64,000 nt of DNA from Gnetum montanum (Eukaryota; Plantae; Gnetophyta): contig MNCI01000967.1 of the NCBI GenBank assembly GCA_015680685.1, positions 418,458 through 482,457 on the forward strand, in the 5' to 3' direction. Under the pieces are notes generated by a model. It was not told the DNA's origin. It saw only the letters and a program-made list of their open reading frames with translations, and did not search any database. Within the stretch, counting starts at the first letter, position 1. Each line of letters begins with the position of its first letter. Position numbers and translations under genes: made by a program. Positions 27,377-40,657 of this stretch are shown here, piece after piece.

Positions 27377-30300
27377 TGTTGGCACGTTTTGGCCATTTCA
27401 TGGACCAAAACCCAATTTCATCTGGAAGAAAATGAATGTAGAAAATTAAAGCAATATGAAATTAAAAAAAAATGCAATGCCCGTTATTTAGAAGTTTAAA
27501 GTCCAAATGCAGATTGGATGGACTTAATTGGCTATCATTTTTTTTTGTGGGTCATGCACACACATAATTCCCACACATGCTGCCACTTCCTCTAATCAAG
27601 TTCTCTTGTCTTCTCATATTTTTGGATGTCTGTCTCATCGTCCATACCATATTCTTAGTCACCGCAAGTCGTCTCATTGACATTAACATCAGGAAGCAAA
27701 AATTTTAAGCTATGTGATTCTTAGCCAGACACAGAACCAACAGGACTAAGATCAGAAATGCTAGAGTGGTTCTCCCAACTGTGATTGCTGCAATGCTCCA
27801 CAACTGTTTATGATCAGGAAAATATTATAGTGATATTGGACATGTTTTATGGTGTGTTATGATGGAGATGGTTGCTGCTAATGGTAGCGATTAGCAAGAG
27901 CTGGACTTGTTCTTGTTCTAGAGGTAACAGTGTGGGTATTTTATTTCATCTCTCTTTCGATGATGCTAGGCATGGTTGCCACCACATGGAAAATACTTTA
28001 CTCGGTCACATGTTTATCATGTTTTCTTCACCATTGGTTACACCTGGTTTTTCTTCCTCTCTGTTCGGCTGATATTTGGACACAATTCCACACAACAAAT
28101 TTCTATACAATAGTGAGAAATATTAATCAAAGTTACTACATAATTAGATCTGGAAGATGCTTTTCCAGATATTATTATGACTTAATTCTTACTACAACTA
28201 TTGCTAATGTCATTTTAAATGGAGTAAGAAAGATGGAGATTTACAGGCGAATAGCTACAAGTATCGATGATTATAATAATAAAATTTAAAAATATATATG
28301 TAGCTATGTTGTATGGTAGAAAGAGTGAGAGAGCAGTGAAAGGTGGCAATGGAAAATGGTTACAACAACCATAGTTTTTTATGGAATGCATGGCACATGG
28401 TGGCAACAACTTAGCGTAGAACACCATGGCTAGTAGCCGCTCCTATGACAACACCACCGCATTTCAATTTCATGAACTATAACAAACATTTCAGTAGCAG
28501 CCTTCGTTAACAATTTAGGATATCACATGCACAGCTACATAAGAAATGAACTGAAACAAAACCCAGAAACTTCCATTTACAGTACTATCATATTACTGTA
28601 CCTAGATCATGAAGAGCGGGGCGTCCTGCAATGTGTCATGGTGCAGATTCCACTGCGCAAACTTGCAAAATGCAGGATTGGGCTGCACCAAATCATCGAG
28701 ATCTAACATTTTAGAATTGCAGAAAGCCACTAACAATAGCACGCTAGCCTTGTTACAATCCATGTACAATCTTCCGTTGCCAGAATCCATTGTGACCCTG
28801 CCTGCCATAAAATGGTAGCGTAGGGTAGAAGAAAACCGAGCTCAAGTAGAACATGACCATTTGATCAATGTTGGACAAATTGAGATGGGATCTTTCAATT
28901 TGAACATTGACAGACATAGCAAGCGTATCAAATGGCATCATGAAAGTCTGAAATCAAACACCAAGGAATATAGTGGAATTAGAGAAATGTAAAACTACAA
29001 GAAAATAAAAATAAAAATCTACAATGAATCTCATGGAAACAAAAAAGGCAAGTCTTAAAAAAGATGAGAATCCAAGTTATCGACACATCTACTTTTGCAG
29101 GCACTACAATGGGCTGGTCAAGAAATGCAATGAAGTCAGCCTCGTTTGCGATGATGAAATTGCGCTCATTATTTTTTAAGATACAATGGCTGATGCATCA
29201 TCACTTATAAAAATTTAACCCTATGGTGAATATAGCCACTAGATACTTGGCTTCATTTTAAATTTCCTATAAAGGATGTAATTTCATGAAAATTGTAGCC
29301 TCTCAATTGAAAGGGTGGTTATAACCACTATAAAGACCACTTGTCAACTACAACTTTTTTATCTCCATGGTGACCACTTGGCAACTGAATGGGCCACTTG
29401 GCAACTAAATGGGACACATGTCAACTGTAGCTTTTTTATCTCTATCGTGGTTATAACCACCCATAATGTTTGTAACTTACCTCACCTTCTCATGATGATT
29501 GTAACTACCTTGAGGTTACTATAAAAGGGCTTCAAGGGTAGGAAGGAAGGGGTCTGAAGAAGGGGTGGAGAGCATTGGTAAAAGAAGACATTGTGAAAGA
29601 TTGCTTGTAAGATGACTTATTAAAGACAACATTTCAGCCTCTTTGTCATAGTCCTGTGAATTATGTTTATTTTTTTTATTTTGTTTAAATTGTTTAGCTA
29701 GTGGTTTAGAGTATCATGCTTGGCAAGTAATTTTGGGATTTTTAAATTGATCTTATTATTCTTGTTGCATGATAGAAAATTTTTATTAAAATTTTACCAT
29801 AGAAGAGCTTGTGTTTAAAAGCCTTAAGAGCATTTTAGTAGTGAATTTTATTATTTTGCAATGTATGAGAACCGCTATTGAGATTGTTGTAAGAGAGCCT
29901 TTACATGTAGTCAATCCCTTGAACAATTCAATAGTCAAGAGGGTTCAGAAAATCTTTGGTATTTTGATAGGACCAAAATAGCTTCTTTTATCTTTAAAGT
30001 GAATCTCCATGGTATTTCAATCATAAATTGTCAATTCTTTTGAAGGTTCTATTGAATGGAATTGTTGATGTCCATTATCTAGCCAAAATAGAGTTTAGTA
30101 CGTGATAGTTTACGCAACAATTTTTTGGGTAGCATAGTAGGATTTTCTTGAAGAAATTGCTTATTTAAGCCTTGGAAGTTTGAAAAATTCATAGTTATTG
30201 AATTTGGGATAGTTTTATTGCAAAGTGTTTACTCATATCATTTTACCTTGTTTAAACATTTGAGATCTTTACACAAATCTACTTTCTTTTTCTCTTCTTT

Positions 30301-30722
30301 CTATTTTCATTGAATCTCGCTCTATTTCTAGTTTTCTTGTGGAACTATCTCTTTCTCTAAGGAAAATTAGAAGTAAATTCGTAGAGTTGTGCTCAAATTT
30401 TTTTGCAAAATTTTATTTGTTACAAGTAGGTATTATAAGGACCTCATAGACTAGGCAATTGAACAAAATAGGAACCCTCAACGATTCACAGTACTTTGCA
30501 AAGTTGGCTGAATCTCTTTAAGATAAGTCATTTATAGTTTTACACACAACCCAATCGTTTCATTTTTCATAACAGCACACCACAACATCACACACACATA
30601 CTCACATTAACTACTGAGTCTATTTGGAGGTACCTGGGCCTTGGTGTTGCTAGAGACCATCAAGCACCTAAATCCTGTTCAAGGACACTCGTTGGCGATC
30701 GCGTTCCAAATGGTCACCAATA
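27377..30722 (+). repeat. 5' LTR (~3.35 kb)
   Basis: TGTTGGCAC...GGTCACCAA(C>T)A; colinear with 32815 onward; TATA box CTATAAAAGGG near 29519-29529. Confidence 0.9.
28320..28941 (-). pseudogene. Captured BAHD (HXXXD) acyltransferase fragment in the 5' LTR, GLAUCE/HHT-like, intron retained (28477-28601)
   Basis: ERSHLNLSNIDQ..FFY; YHFMAGRV..GRLYMDCN; DLVQPNPAF; APLFMI(Q>*); GT-AG intron; then KLKCGGVVIGAATSHGVL. Confidence 0.85.
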
Positions 30723-31071
30723 GTTCTTTTGGTGCTAGAAGGAGGGCTGAAAATTTAGCCTCTAAGTTCATAAACCTTATAATTTTAGCACATCAACCAT
30801 TCTTTGTTACTATAAAGGCTTAATAAATTAAATAGTATTTTCAGTTCATGACCAAGAAGATTCATAGTTTGCAAAATTTAAAAGTTTCAAAAGATATTCT
30901 TGATTCTAAGATCGATTCTTCATCAGAAGAAGAACAAAAGAAAGTTTTTGCATTAGGAACAAGTAGTGGAGTGAAAACTAGAAGATTAAGAAGATCACCC
31001 ATTATATCTAGTTTATCGATTTATAAGAGAAGATCTTGAAAGTCTAAGAGTTCAACTATCCAAAGGAATAG

Positions 31072-32463
31072 GATGGCAAATCCTTAGCAAAGAGTTATAC
31101 CATTAGGATTTCAAAATTACAATGATATTCCTAAGTTAGTTTACAAATATTTTCCTAAGCCTTTCATTCCTAGAAAAGCTTATTTAGCTGAAGAATATAT
31201 TAACATGTTTGAGGTAGCTTTAGCTCATGCAAATATTCAACATCAAGATCAATCGTTTAGGTTGTTTGTATCATATTTAAAGGATATGGCTCAGATTTGG
31301 TATTCAAACTTACCAAGTAATAGTATTACAAGTTGGGATGACATGAAGAATATTTTCTTAGCCCAGTTTGATAATCAATTAAATCAACAACAACTATAAT
31401 ATGGGTTGATACAAGCTAAGCAAGGAGTTAAAAAGTCAATTAGAGATTTTAACATCAATTTTCAATAAATTTGTGGACTCTTTCAAAGACAATATAGACC
31501 ATCAGAAGAAATGCTTAAAGAAACTTATCTTAATGCTATTAACCCCAATATTTCAATTTGGTTAAGGATAACTCCAAACTTAACTACACTAAATGACTAC
31601 TTTAGTGAAGCTATATAATTAGAAAAATAGATAAACTTGAATCCTGAAGTAAATATTGCAATTTAAAAAAGAGAAGAAAGAGTTATGATTCCTATGCAAG
31701 ATTATGCTCAATTTAAAGTTTTTCCAAGTCCATCAGCAAAGAAAGGCTTTAGAGTTCATTAAAGGTAAAAGGAGAGTTAGAGAATCAAAGTTATATGTCT
31801 AATAATGACGAGAAATTAAAGACCTCATATGATAAGGAAGCTCCTTTTTTCCTTTTGACAATGAAATTAAAGGATAAATACTTACACAATTGTTTGATTG
31901 ATTCTAGAGCTATGTCTACTATAATGTCATTGTCTATATGTATGAAACTTGGTTTGATTCCTGAAAAATCAAATAAAAAGATTGTTCAAGTGGATAAAAG
32001 TAGAGTGAAGATTGTGGGTCAATTACCAAATGTCCTATTGGAAATTGCTTCTGAACCTCGTGTCAGAAATAGAGTAACTATTCAAGTGGCAGATATACCA
32101 GATTCGCATAGTCTCTTATTGAGTAGAAGTTGGAGCAAGAATTTCTCAGGTTACATATCAACAGATTATTCTCACATGTGGCTACCTTGGAAAGGAGAAC
32201 CAAATAAAATATACATCTATAGTGAACCTTTGATGATTAATAACATTACTTCAAATGGAAAAAGTAAAATGGTTGAAAAAGGAGGTATTGAAAACAAAAT
32301 TTGTATACTCCAAGAAAATTATAGTTCTGAAAAAGAACCAATCAATGAAGATTCATGGCAAGAAGCCTTTGTGTCCCAAGAAGAAGAAGAAGGGTCCAAT
32401 TGGGAAGAAAATAAGAATTCATCTAAGAAAGAAGATGAGAGGATTGCTAAAGAAAAAGCTTAA
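31072..32463 (+). pseudogene. gag: gag and aspartic protease of the long-LTR element; no RT, RH or IN
   Basis: RLFVSYLKDMAQIWYSNLPSNSITSWDDM (31205-31399); NCLIDSRAMSTIM and LLLSRSW (31795-32463); PPT follows ~340 nt later. Confidence 0.85.
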
Positions 32464-32814
32464 GAAGATCAAGTTGAAAGCTCTAGCAAGCCAAAAAATA
32501 ATAGAACAACATTCATCACTTCAGAGATTGCTTATGAGAAGGTTAGAAAAATGAGGATTTCTACTAGGGTAACCCTCACCATTCTCTTTCCATCTCAAGA
32601 ATAGTCCATGAATAAAGGACTTGATAGTGTACAGTTTGTTTTTTTTTTTTAGGAATGAGGTTTTTATACCACCAAACCTTATGTTTGATGGGAATTTTCC
32701 TCCAGAAATATTTATCTTTTCAGCTGTAAAAAGTTCAATAAAAGCTTCAAGTACATTTTAGTTTTAAAATGGGGCTTGCGTAAATTTCTTTAAGCCTTTT
32801 AAAGGGGGCAAAAA

Positions 32815-35800
32815 TGTTTGCACATTTTGGCCATTTCATGGAACAGAACCCAATTTCATCCAGAAGAAAATGAATGTAGAAAATTAAAGCAAGATGAAAT
32901 TAAAACAAAAGTGCAATGCCCGTTATTCAAAAGATTGAAGTCCAAATGCATATTGGGTGGACTTAATTGGCTATCGTTTTGTTTCGTGGGTCATGCACAC
33001 ACATAATTCCCACACATGTTTCCACTTCCTCTAATCAAGTTCTCGTGTCTTCTCATATTTTCGGATGTCTGTCTCTTCATCAATACCATATTCTCAGTCA
33101 CGCATAGTCATCTCATTGACATTAACATCAGGAAGCAAAAATTTCAAGTTGCGTGATTCTTAGCCAGACAAAGTACCAGCAGGACTAAGATCAGAAATGC
33201 TAAATTGGTTCTCCCAACTGTGATTGCTGCAATGCTCAATGCTCCATGACTGTTTATGATTAGGAAAATATTATAGTGATTTTTGGACATGTTTTATGGT
33301 GTGTTATGATGGACGTGATTGCTACTGATGGTAGCGGTTAACAGGAGCTGGACTTGTTCTTGTTCTGGAGGTAACAGTGTGGGTATTTTATTTCATCTCT
33401 CTTCCATTGATGTTGGGCATGGTTGCTGCCACTTGGGAAATACTTTACTGGGTCACATGTCTCGTCATGTTTTCTTCACCGTTGGTTATGCCTGGTTTTG
33501 CTTCCTCTCCATTCGGCTAACATGTGGACACAATTCCACACAACAAATTTCTATACGACAATGAGAAATATTAATTAGAGTTACTACATAATTAGATCTG
33601 GAATATTCTTTTCTAGATATTATTATGACTTAATTCTTATTGCAACTATTGCTAATGTCATTTTAAATGGAGACAAGCGAATAGCTACAAGTATCGATGA
33701 TTATAATAATAAAATTTAAAAATATATATGTGGCTATGTTGTATGGAAGAAAGAGAGAGAGAGTAGCAAAAGGTGGCACTGGATAAGGGTTACAACAATC
33801 ATAGTTTTTTATGGAATGCATGGCACATGGTGGCAGCAACTCGACGTAGAACACCATGGTTAATAGCCGCTCCTATGACAACACCACCGCATTTCAATTT
33901 TGTTACCTGTAATAAACATTTCAGCAGTAGCCTTTGTCAGGAATTTAGGATATCACATGCGCAGCTGCACAAGAAATGAACTGAAACAAAACCTAGAAAC
34001 TTCCATTTATAGTACTATCAGATTATTGTACCTAGATTATGAAGAGCGGGGCATCATGCACTGTGTCACAGTGCAGATTCCATTGTGCAAACTTGCAAAA
34101 TGCAGGATTGTATTGTGCCAAATCGCTAAGATCTAACATTTCAGAATTGCAAGAAGCCATTAACAATAGCACGCCAGCTCTATTACAATCCACGTACAAT
34201 CTTCCATTGTCGAAATCCATTGTGACCCTACCTTCCATAAAATGGTAGCGTAGGGTAGAAAAACATTGAGCTCAAGTAGAACATGACCATTTGATCAATG
34301 TTGGACAAATTGAGGTGGGATCTTTCAATGGGCTCAGCCATCTCTACCATTTCTAAACTTTTAATCTGAACATTGATAGATGTAGCAAGCGTATCAGATG
34401 GTAGCATGAAAGTATGAAACCAAACACCAAGGAATATAGTGGAATCAGAGAAACGTAAAACTACAAGAAAATAAAAATAAAAATCTATAGCTACTCTAAT
34501 GGAAATAGCAAAGGCAAGTCTTAAAAAAGTCTAGAATCCAAGTCGTCAACACATCTTCTTTCATAGGCACTGCAACGGGCTGCTCAAGAAATGCAATGAA
34601 GTCGACCTTGTTTACGATGATGAAATTGTGCTCATTATTTTCTAAGAGATAATGGATAATGCATCATCACCTATAAACATTTAGCCCTATGGTGAATATA
34701 GCCACTAGATACTTGGCTTCATTTTAAATTTCCTATAAAGGATGTAATTTCATGACAATTGTAGCCTCTCAATTGAAATGGTGGGTATAACCACTACAAA
34801 GGCCACTTGTCAACTACAACTTTTTTATCTCCATGGTGACCACTTGGCAACTGAATGGGCCACTTGGCAACTAAATGGGACACATGTCAACTGTAGCTTT
34901 TTTATCTCTATCGTGGTTATAACCACCCATAATGTTTGTAACTTACCTCACCTTCGCATGATGATTGTAACTACCTTGAGGTTACTATAAAAGGGCTTCA
35001 AGGGTAGGAAGGAAGGGGTCTGAAGAAGGGGTGGAGAGCATTGGTAAAAGAAGACATTGTGAAAGATTGCTTATAAGATGACTTGTTAAAGACAACATTT
35101 CAACCTCTTTGTCATAGTCCTATGAGTTATGTTTATTTTTTTATTTTGTTTAAATTGTTTAGCTAGTGGTTTAGATAATATCATGCTTGGCAAGTAATTT
35201 TGGGATTTTTAGATTGCTCTTATTGTTCTTGTTGCATGATAGAAAATTTCTATTAAAATTTTGCCATAGAAGAGCTTGTGTTTGAAAGCCTTAAGAGCAT
35301 TTTAGTAGTGAATTTTATTATTGTGCAATGTATCAGAAATACTATTGAGATTGTTGTAAGAGATCCTCCGCATGTAGTCAAGCCGTCCTCCGCATGTAGT
35401 CAAGCCGTTGAACGATTCAATAGTCAAGAGGGTTCAGAAAATCTTTGGTATTTTGATAGGACCAGAATAGCTTCTTTTATCTTTAAAGTGAATCTCTGTG
35501 GTATTTCAATCATGAATTTTCAATTCTTTTGAAGGTTCTATTGAATGGAATTGTTGATGTCCATTATCTAGCAAAAATATAGTCTAGTACGTGATAGTTT
35601 ATGCAGCAATTTTTTGGGTAGCATAGTAGAATTTTCTTGAAGAAATTGCTTATTTGAGCCTTGGAAGTTTGAATAATTCATAGTTATTGAATTTGGGATA
35701 GCTTTATTGCGAAGTGTTTACTCATATAATTTTACCTTGTTTAAACATTTGAGGTCTTTACACAAATCTTCTTTATTTTTCTTTTCTTTCTATTTCTATT

Positions 35801-36024
35801 GAATCTCGCTCTATTTCTAGTTTTCTTATGGAACTATCTCTTTCTCTGGGGAAAATTAGAAGTAGATTCGCAGAGTTGTGCTCAAATATTTTTGCAAAAT
35901 TTTATTTGTTACAAGTAGGTATTATAAGGACCTCATAGACTAGGCAATTGAACAAAATAGGAACCCTCAACGATTCATAGTACTTTGTAAAGTTGGTTGA
36001 ATCTCTTTAAGATAAGTCATTTAT
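32815..36024 (+). repeat. 3' LTR of the long-LTR element (truncated by an assembly gap)
   Basis: Starts TGTTTGCAC after the PPT; colinear with 27377-30535; private 22-bp tandem duplication at 35364-35407. Confidence 0.9.
33750..34407 (-). pseudogene. Captured BAHD acyltransferase fragment in the 3' LTR, intron 33907-34031
   Basis: MLPSDTLATSINVQIKSLEMVEMAEPIERSHLNLSNIDQ..YHFMEGRV..GRLYVDCNRAGV..NPAF..APLFII(Q>*), then after the intron VTKLKCGGVVIGAAINHGVL. Confidence 0.87.
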
Positions 36025-36025
36025 N

Positions 36026-36832
36026 TAGGGAATGCAAATTAGCTTTTCAAACTCTGAAACAGAAGCTAGTAGAAACAACCATTCTACAAGTTCCTCATTG
36101 GTCCAAACCATTTCATATCATGACTGATGCATCCAAATATGCCTTAGGAGCTGTACTTACATAGTTAGATGACCAGAAACATCCTTATTACATCCACTAT
36201 GCAAGTAGAAGTATCGCTGGTGCACAACTTAACTACACTATCATAGAGAAAGAATTAATGGTTGTAGTGTTTGCACTAGAAAAGTTTAGACATTATATAA
36301 AGTATGTATACATGAAGATCATAGTTGTTGGTGACCGTTTGGAACGTGACTGTCAACGAGTGTCCTTGAACAGGATTTAGGTGCTTACTGGTCTCTAGCA
36401 ACACCAAGGCCCAGATACCTCCAAATAGACTCAATAGTTAATGTGAGTATGTGTGTGTGCTTTTGTGGTGTGCTGTTATAAAAAATGAAACTATTGGGTT
36501 ATGTGTAAAACTATAAATGACTTATCTTAAAGAGATTCAACCAACTTTACAAAGTACTATGAATCGTTGAGGGTTCCTATTTTGTTCAATTGCCTAGTCT
36601 ATGAGGTCCTTATAATACCTACTTGTAACAAATAAAATTTTGCAAAAATATTTGAGCACAACTCTGCGAATCTACTTCTAATTTTCCCCAGAGAAAGAGA
36701 TAGTTCCATAAGAAAACTAGAAATAGAGCGAGATTCAATAGAAATAGAAAGAAAAGAAAAATAAAGAAGATTTGTGTAAAGACCTCAAATGTTTAAACAA
36801 GGTAAAATTATATGAGTAAACACTTCGCAATA
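36026..36832. other. Mis-oriented contig between two N bases (assembly artefact)
   Basis: N at 36025 and 36833; holds Athila RNase H on the plus strand (MTDASKYALGAVL..NYTIIEKEL) and the LTR end reversed; reverse-complemented, it restores LTR end, TSD and RNase H continuity with 27371. Confidence 0.88.
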
Positions 36833-36833
36833 N

Positions 36834-39800
36834 AGTCAACAAATGGCAACGGAAAGTAATCTTTGAATGATGCAATATTCAGTAGCTTGAAATCTATGCA
36901 CACCCTTCATTTGCCTCCCTTTTCAAGCACAATAACTAAGGGGCTAACCCATTCACTATTAGTAATGGGGTATATGAACCCGGCCTTGAGAAGTTATTTG
37001 ATTTCTTCCTTGACTACTTGCTTCAGCTTTGGGTTCAAATGCCTCTGTGGTTGTCTTCGAGGTTTCATGGAGAGGTCAATGTAAATCCTATGTTAGCATA
37101 TCCTAGGATTTATTCTAGTTAATTTAGGATATGACCAAGTAAAGGCTTTTGACCATCTATTGATTACCTTCAGAAATTTCTCTTTTTGTTACAGAGCAAG
37201 CTTCGCGTTGATAATTACTGGTTTTCCATTCTTAAGGAACGTGTATTCCATACCGATGGGTAATGGTTTCAGCTCGAGGGGCTCTTGCTTAAATTTCTCA
37301 GGGATTTCCAACTTCCCCCAATTGATATTTTTTAGGTTAAGGTTTGGAAGTTGGTAGTGGACTTTCTCTAATGCGTCTATGCTATTGATGTAAGTGCAAG
37401 TCAAACCCTCAATTGGTTCAATGCATATGAGTGAACTACTTTCTTGATCAACTGTTAGCCACTGGGTGCCTCCCTGTTGTGTGGCTACTACATATAGGCA
37501 TCTTTGTATGTTAATCACTTGTGCACACTGATTGCATGCAAGCAATGTTAAACTTTGCATAAACCATGACCTCTACTTGAAATTACATCCTATGTCATTA
37601 TATGAAATGTATGGAGCTTTCTTCTTCTAAATCTTTCCAAATATATTTTTCTTTGATATTTCTAGTGAAAGATCATGGATTCCTAGGCATGTGTCGATGA
37701 TGCTTAGCCATGCTCTTTCCATTATGATTGGGAAGTCCCCCTTACCATTGTTTACCTGAATCACTAGGACGTTAGCTGGGTATGACCACCCACAAATAGT
37801 CGTAATAATGTCTTTCACTAGTCCTAATGGGACAGTGATGGACTGGTCAGCCAACTCTAGATGGATGTTTCTCTTTTTCAATGGAGGTAGGTTCTAGGCC
37901 TTGAACATTTCTTGAGAAATCAATTTGACACCAAAACCTGAATCCAAAAGAGTCTTGCACAGAACATTTCAAATGATTTGTAAGTATATCAGAGAACTCC
38001 CAAGATTAGAGAATTTCTTGGGAAGGTGGCCAACTTTGATCCAATCAGTGACAGCATGTGTTAGCATGATCATATGCGTTGAGTGCGATGGTTGATTTGA
38101 AGGAAGCTCCAAATTTTTTATTGATACTGAGGCATCTAAGGAATCAACCGCTTGTGATTGCAAGGGCTTGGTTGGTCTATTGATTCTAAAAAAAAAGGTC
38201 TTTTCTTCATGTGGTTGTTGGAACCAACAATAGGTTGAGAGTTCACCCCACATAGCTAGAGTAGGTGGTAGTGAAGCTATTGGTGGAAGAGATGTGGTCA
38301 GATGAGAAGGATGATATGCTTATAGAATATCACCCCTAGAAGAGGGAGTCCCATAATACTCATGGGCTTGGTAGTAAGGTTGAGGAGTGATGTGACCAGT
38401 AGAGTCACATGGGGAGATTAGCTACTACATGTAATATACATATGGGTCAAGTTATCAGTAACGATGCTGTTGCCTTGGTGGTGGCATTTCCCATGATTGT
38501 GGGTGCTGCCACTATTGCTCAATTGGTTGTGGTGGAGTTCCACTTGGATAATACGTTAAGGGTTGGTGGAACTGTCTTGGGTGACCTTGGGGGTAAGGTA
38601 ACCTTCGGGGTGCTTGTTGTTTGTTCAATCATGGGTTGAGTGCATACACCCCAAACTCTTGTAGATGTCAGATTATAGGGAAACATCCCTTAGGATGCTC
38701 ATATTGACATATTTCACATCCACTATCATTATTTGTTTCTAACTCCACAACCTCTTCAATGATGGAAACTTTGCCCTTACCCTTGCTACGTGCATGTTCA
38801 GCTTCTCTCTTTTTCTTTTTTCATGATCACTACCTTTCTCTCTAGACTCCTCTACTATTTTAAGAACAGGATGAAATCTATTATCTAGGGAATCCCACAT
38901 TTGGTCTAACCTTGCCGATACTTCTGATGTCAACTTTTGGATAAGAAAAGTTTTCCTATTCACCATCTCTTTGAGTGGTGACTCTTCTTCATCCTCACAA
39001 AATCTTACTCCCCTCTTCCGAAGGGAAGGATCTCAGTTATACTCTTTCGCACTTTCTCTCTTTTGTAGCTCACCTTCTTCCTTAGCAACTTACTCTAATA
39101 GTCTTTGAATTTGATGGGACCTAAGCTCAAATAGTCTTCCTTGGGCACAAGTCCCAAGGGCTCTTCTTGTTTCATGCCTAAGCCCATCAACAAGACGGCG
39201 TAGTTGATCCCTTTGCAAATAACCATTTTCAGGACAACAGTATAATAGTGCATAATATTAGCCCATGGTAGCATCTAAGGGTTCATTTCCTCCTTTTTTC
39301 TAGCCTTGGATTTGCTTTCCCAAGTTAAACACTTAGAAGTACATTTGGTACTTGTCATTAAATAGTTCTAACATAATACTCCACCTACGAATGGATTCCA
39401 ATTCTAAAGACTGGTACTAGCTTTCCGCTTCTTTAACTAGTGTCCATGTGTCATTCTTTCTCTATATTTTGTAAGGCACACGCATCATGGAATGCTTGTA
39501 AGCAATTCTGAGGATCAGCATTGTATCCCCCTTCAAATCGTGGGATATTGTTCATATCTAATCTCTTGATCCTACTATCTTTCTGGTGCCTTGTTGGAAT
39601 TCTAACAACCTTAGTTATGTCCAACATACTTCAAGTAGCGAGTAGGGGTTCATCATGATCATCTGATCCATGGCATCTATTATGCCTACGTTGTTCCCTA
39701 CTCTGCCTTATTCTATGTCATGACTCTCTAGAGTTCCCTTGTCCCCTTTCCTGGTTGTTTCATCTATGAATTTCACTTTGCCTACCTTTATCCCCATGGT

Positions 39801-40250
39801 CTTTTTTCTTTATGACCATGTCTGGATATTGAAAGAGAGGGTGAAGGAGATCATGAAGGTGAAGAAGAAGGAGAACAAGCATCATGATAGTGTCTACTAC
39901 CTTCTCTTTTGCGATCTCAGCCCCAATCGCAATTGCGATCAGAATGTTCACCTTTATCATGAGTTTGTGTCTCTTTTTTGGATCCTTTGTGTCCATGGGT
40001 ATTAGAACATGGGTTATGAATAGTAGAATGAAGGTCCTGATACACAACCCCTTAGCCAAAGTCAAGAGTAGGAACATTGTTGTGTGGGCGACTGCCTGAG
40101 GTAGGTTCACCACCCTCATTTTCACTTAAGACACGTGGGGCATCCTAGGACCACTTACCCTTCAAAGACTTATGATGTCTCTCTTGTTGCAAGTCCCTTT
40201 GTTGTTGTGCCTCTATGGGATGGTATTCTCGCAAGTCATGGTCTTGCACA
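36834..40250 (-). pseudogene. gag: Athila gag (Arg/Ser-rich N-extension), protease and start of RT
   Basis: gag core near 39300-39560; protease LLDSGFGVKL near 37925-37955 and LELADQSITVPLG (37627-37881); LELKPLP (37189-37560); WVSPL..K.GGK*RVCIDF near 36890-36955. Confidence 0.85.
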
Positions 40251-40657
40251 ATGTATTTTGCATGTAATTTTGGCATGCTAATTCATGTAATAGCATGAAT
40301 AAGCATGCCCAAGACTGAACAATTGGGAGGTAACACTATGTTACCTTCTAAGTCTCGCCAACGTAGTTGTTTGTCTTGATGGAGGATAAAGGTAAAGTCT
40401 GGTATATACTCATTAGAATGAATATATACCACTTGAACTTGTTAAGGGACTAGTGGATCAACGTCATGTGTATTATGTCGTCGATTGTTTCCTATTTCAG
40501 ATCTAGGTGGTGAGGTGCTTTCATACGAAGAAGGAGACATACTTGTCTATTCAGTGTGCAATTTACTCTTGTTTATTATTTCCTCAATCAACCCTAAGGG
40601 TTTGTTCCAATGATGTGAATTATTTCCTATGTTCTAATTAGCACACAAACAATTAAG

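Larger units (their letters stand above)
27377..36832 (+). mobile_element. Non-autonomous Tat-like LTR element with ~3.3-kb LTRs and only gag plus protease, nested in Athila RNase H
   Basis: 5' LTR 27377-30722; PBS TGGTGCTAGAAGGAGGG at 30730-30746; PPT AAAGGGGGCAAAAA at 32801-32814; 3' LTR from 32815 to the N at 36025, with its end in the inverted contig (36326-36832); TSD GCTAT versus ACTAT (4/5). Confidence 0.88.

Noticed and set aside
32561-32575. CTACTAGGGTAACCC shared between the nested element and the Athila LTR array
   Set aside because: Single 15-nt match with no flanking similarity; may be chance
35706-36832. Large inverted repeat or hairpin RNA locus
   Set aside because: Explained by the inverted contig bounded by N bases
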